64,000 nt of DNA, taken from Squalus acanthias. Taxonomy: Eukaryota. The position numbers and the translations under genes were made by a program. The notes beneath the pieces were generated by a model. That model was not told where the DNA came from and did not search any database. It saw only the letters and a program-made list of their open reading frames with translations. Numbering within the stretch: position 1 is the stretch's first letter; the number at the start of each line of letters is the position of its first letter. The stretch is from contig CM059432.1 in assembly GCA_030390025.1 (NCBI GenBank), positions 133,240,001-133,304,000 on the forward strand. Reading direction: 5' to 3'. Shown in pieces: positions 59,646 through 64,000 of this stretch.

Positions 59646-61999
59646 AAGTTTGTACCACTTTAATATGTTAATGAATTATTTTGAGTAAATAGTCTTCCAA
59701 TGATTGTATTATTTCACGGTATTTCAGTGTAATAGTATTATGTTGAAGTGTTTGAAACTAATTGCGCAATTTAGAGTATTTCAGTATAGCTACTATTTTA
59801 CAGTATTCATAATTAGAATGATTGCACTCTGTGGTATTTCAAATTGACATTTTATTTAAGTTGATAAAAATAAGGTGACAGCTTTAAGTGAACAAAAAGA
59901 CCAAAGGAATACTGAAGGTGAAATAGTGACTAAGGATGATAAAAAAAAACCTCATGCAGGACTTGTGCGTTAAAGGTGCAGGAAATTCTGAACAATTTGC
60001 TTCTCCGCAAATAGGTCCAATTCAACTTTTGCACAGTGTGAGGAAAACATAGGAAAACAGCGCGGTCAAGAAATGCCTCTGAAGGAGTTTGTCTAACCCC
60101 AACTCATTTACAACTCCTTGGTGCTAGTAATGTGTAAATCAGGCGAGATTAACAGCCCTGAATTAATAGAGTTTGTGTTTATTAAGCGCTGTCGGATTGC
60201 TTATGCCTGACTGCATCTTTTTTGTGTTAGATTAGCTTTCCTTCATAAGTCCCCCTTTATAGGTTACACCATTTCTGCCCCTTGCTGTTATGCCCTTCTT
60301 CATCAGCTAAGAGCAGGCTCTGGGCTACAGCTTTCCCCACACCTGCCATCGATGTCGCTCTGTAACTTACTGACAGGAGGTGAGTTTGCATGGGGCGTGA
60401 CTTGTCCTGCCAGCTTGTCCTTCCCCAGAGATGGAATGGAATGCAGTGCAGTCTCTGTATAATTTCACACTACAGCAGAAGCTATTGAATGGAATAGATC
60501 AGCAAAGTGGAGAAAGTCGCATATTGCCAAATGCGATTTTGCAGCCTTTGGGTTCAAAATAACGCACTCCATCCGCCCCCACCCCCCACCCCACCTGCCC
60601 AGCTCGATCATTACACATGTCTTCTGGTAATTCAGGAATAAGAGTTTAAGAGAATAAATAGGAGCGTGGTTCCTGTCACTTGCTACTTTCAGAATCTTCG
60701 CCATTTTCTTTCTTGTTTGTCAATTATGTTGGGAGTGAAAGGTCTTTGAAGACTCGATGCTGCACAACAGCAACAAAGGTGGCCTTTTACAAGCCAGCCT
60801 CGGCATCTGCTCGGGAAAAGCAGTCCAATACAGACACCTGCTGTGGTTCTGAAGCATCCGTGGTTGTTCCCCCCCTGCCACCGCCCCCGCCCCCCAACTG
60901 AGCAGTGCTGAATGTCAGCACCAAGCCAAAAAACACCATCTGATGCAAGTCTATCGTAATGAAAGTCCAGCATGGGGCTAAATGAGGAGCCACCTCCACA
61001 ATGCTGAGAGCTAATGACAAAATAGTCCCTCGTTCTCACTGCTGCTGTCAGTATTAGGATGGCATATGGCACTTGCCCATTTTTTTTTTCTTCGCTACCT
61101 CGGTATTTATGCAAAGTCTTTTTAAATTTTTAATTACATTCTCTCCGTTTATAAGAGGACAACCAAACATTGGAAAGTGCAGCCTTTCATGAACCTAGTA
61201 ACTTGTCTTTCCTTACCTCCTATCTGATTACATGTTATCTTATAGTTAACAAAGCCAAACAATCACAGTCCACAAGTAGGGCATATAAACCCTTGTTTCC
61301 TGTGTTCCCCTGTGGTAGATTTAATGTGGTTTTCAGCTGACATGGAGACACTGCAGTAACAGGTTTTTATTGGACACATTGTTATTGCAATGGTGCCTTG
61401 AATAGGACATTAATTTTTTTTCTTCATTTGATGTTTTAGGTATCTTGCTTGGAATCTGAGTGCACTTTTATTAGCACTGCTGTTAATATTTTTTTTCTGA
61501 GCACCACCAAGTCTCCAGTTTAGAAGAAAAAGTGAAGGGAGGGGAAAAGTAAAGCAAGAAAAGAATCAATTAAAGAGATAAAGAAAACAAAGGCAAAAAG
61601 AACGAGAGGACAGAAATATCCACAAGAAAGAGATTAAAGCCAGAGAATTTGGGTCAGATAGCAAACACAATTAAGAACAAAGAGAAAATAAAAGGGAATG
61701 AAATATAACGGAGACAAACAAGGGGGGAAACCACTTTTACAGAGGTCCTGCACTTCCATAAAAAGCATTTCAATTAATCATGCGCTTTAGTGTTGTGAGT
61801 AAAAATGATTCTTCTCTCAACAAATCTCAACATTTTTGCAGATTGTTTTTAACCACATAATTGGGAACACAAGATTTTCAGTGGAGCCTTATTGTGATAT
61901 GGGATGGTACAATGCGTGCAGAGTGGACGAGCTAATCAGAGCCCCCTGCAATAATACGACTGAGTAACTTGTTAATGCACTAATGAGGATCTGAATGAG

Positions 62000-62265
62000 G
62001 TGTCAGCTGTGGCTCAGTTGGTAACACTCTTGCCTCTGAGTCAGAAGGTTATGAGTTCTAAATCTCTCTCCATGAGACTTGAGCACATACTGCAGTACTG
62101 AGGGAGCACAACACTGTAGGATGAGATGTTAAACCGAGGCCCTGTAAGCTCCTCTCGGAGGGGCGTAAAAGATCCCATTGCAGTATTTTGAAGATGAGCA
62201 GGGGAGTTATGCCCGGTGTACTAGCCAATATTTATCCCTCCACCCACAGCATTAAAACAGATCAT
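62000..62265 (+). mobile_element. Deu-domain SINE, internally deleted and 3'-truncated
   Basis: TGGCTCAGTTGG A-box; GATGAGATGTTAAACCGAGGCC; AAAAGATCCCATTG. Confidence 0.8.
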
Positions 62266-62580
62266 CGTAGATGTAGCGTGAGCTCAGCTAGCTTTTATGG
62301 GAATGGATTTATCATAGCAGGAACTATGGGGCCAATACTGCAATCCTGGCCTACTGCATGTTAGGGAAAAGTAGGGATCCCAGCTCATCCCATATTATCT
62401 CAATTAATTCTCTGCATCACTGGTATCTTGCATAGGAATTGTGATCATGTGCAAAAGTGTGGGAACACAGGAGCTTGTAGCCCTTAAAGGCCAACCGACT
62501 AATTTGGAATATGTTGCTGGTAATGGCTTGGAAGGATCCAGTGGTTTTAACGTTTCATGCACTGGTGACCTTTGAGATGA

Positions 62581-63406
62581 TGGCCGCGATTTTTCCTATC
62601 GATGCGGCTTGGGGGCGGGACAGCTGCCTTCCGGGTTTCAGTCCCGCCCCCCAACGACATCAGACGCACAGACGCGATTTTGCGTCAATTGGCCTTGTTA
62701 AGCCCGCCCTGCGGGCTTGCCGGCCAATTAAGAGGAAGCCGGTGTCAAATGACGTCAGTTGATGACGCGTCAACTGCCGGTTTTCTTAAAGGGGCCACAC
62801 ACAATTTTTTTTGACAGCTGATTTTTCAGTGTTTGACAGCATTGAGGTGCTGCAAACACTAACAATCACTGTACAAAGGTGAGCCCTTGCAGCCAGGCTC
62901 TCCAGTAACTCCCTCCTTAGGCTAGAACAGATGGCAGCTGCAGGTGAGGTTACAGAAGCGATCTGTCACTGGTGAGAGAGGTTCTCCCAATGAGGTGGGA
63001 CTACACACACAATCTAAAACTTGTCACCTACAGAAAATTGTAAATGCATTAAAAATGATTTTCCCAACATTTTCTTACCTCTGAATGTCATCAATGCAGA
63101 AATGCTACAGTAGACCCACAGCACGCCACACTTACCTGGCGTGGTGTCCAGATGTCGGGAAGCCCGCAGTAGACCTGTCAAAATTGCAAAAAGCCTCTTA
63201 ACTGCCTGTTAACAAGCAGTTAAGTGCCTGTAATCCTCTTCCCACCACTAGGTGTCGGGTCCACGTGCAAATCGGGGACCCGACACCTGGGAAGATTGTT
63301 TGGAGGCGGCTTGACAGTGGGTTTCTGACCCGCTGTCAATCTTTGCGATTTTGCCGGATGTCCCGCCTCCAAACCCACCCCCTGAGCACCGGCAAAATTC
63401 CGGCCA
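62581..63406. mobile_element. Older non-autonomous DNA transposon, probably Harbinger-related
   Basis: Imperfect TIRs TGGCCGCGATTTTTCC and GGCAAAATTCCGGCCA; CpG-rich ends; TGACGTCA (62750) followed by TTCTTAAAGGGGCC (62783); no clear TSD. Confidence 0.6.
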
Positions 63407-63769
63407 AAGAGCCTGACGTAAGAAAACTACTAGGCACTTGGTCTAATCATTAAACAAAGCTTTAATCAACTGTTTTTCAACATGGAGATCTAGTTGTGTC
63501 CTTCACTAGTTCCTGTTGAGGAATGTCCTAAGCAAGCTGGGACCATGCCCGAGTATTTATACTCTCCCTGGACAGCGCCACCAGCAGGCCACCCAGTATT
63601 ACTTCATACATGAATGACAAGATTCATGTCAGAGCCCGTGCTGCTGGCAGGATTTGTGGGATCTTACTGTGTGCAAAATGCCTGGCATCTTTGCCTCCAT
63701 AAGAACAGTAACTCGTTGTATTGGAAGTACTTGGAGCCATTTCTGAGAGATGTTAGAAGCAAATGTAAA

Positions 63770-64000
63770 AGAAAGAAAGAATTATATTTATTTAGCACAT
63801 TTTACAACCTCAGGACGTCCCAAAGCGCTCCACAGTCAATGAAGTACTGCCACTGTTGTAATGTAGGAAACACAGCAGCCAATTTGTGCACAGCAAGCTC
63901 CCATAAACAGCAATGTGCTGATGACCAGATAATCTGTTTTTGATTGAGGGATAAACATTGGCCAGGACAACAGGGAGAACGCCCCTGCTCTTCTTCAAAA
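63770..64000 (-). mobile_element. Deu-domain SINE, 3' half, cut by the window end
   Basis: Reverse complement of ~55393-55630. Confidence 0.85.

Noticed and set aside
59975..60281. Possible MITE with GGTGCAGGAAAT / ATTTCTGCCCC ends
   Set aside because: Short gapped match, no TSD and no second copy in the window.
57905..63592. CTCF-like motifs (TCAATAGGTGGCGCT at ~57907; GCGCCACCAGCAGG at ~63575)
   Set aside because: Each has mismatches at conserved positions and such matches are expected by chance in 64 kb.

Overview
Eukaryotic, repeat-dominated window; the repeat families (CR1 with octamer tails, L2, Deu-domain SINE, Penelope) point to a cartilaginous fish (inference). No host protein-coding gene is supported. 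From left to right: (1) a 26-bp satellite (1-~6540) interrupted by a 5'-truncated CR1 LINE with an uninterrupted 887-codon reading frame (3237-5961, minus); (2) a 4235-bp two-gene PIF/Harbinger DNA transposon (8771-13005; TCA target-site duplication, GGGGTARAAATT termini) with an intact DDE transposase and a convergent three-exon Myb/SANT-like gene that the ORF track does not show, broken only by one extra base in a C-run; (3) a related 619-bp non-autonomous element 160 bp further on, both sitting inside one older CR1 3' fragment; (4) old LINE/SINE fragments and a fossil Harbinger transposase (14-22 kb); (5) a 500-N gap and then a ~30-kb 25-bp satellite with ~5.4-5.6-kb higher-order duplications; (6) a LINE fragment, SINEs, a Penelope-like 3' end (GIY-YIG plus a minimal hammerhead motif), a 19-bp minisatellite and older MITEs. 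The most notable item is the near-complete Harbinger system (transposase, DNA-binding partner, repeated subterminal motif, MITE, quasi-palindromic target). These element classes are known; whether this family is undescribed needs a database search.
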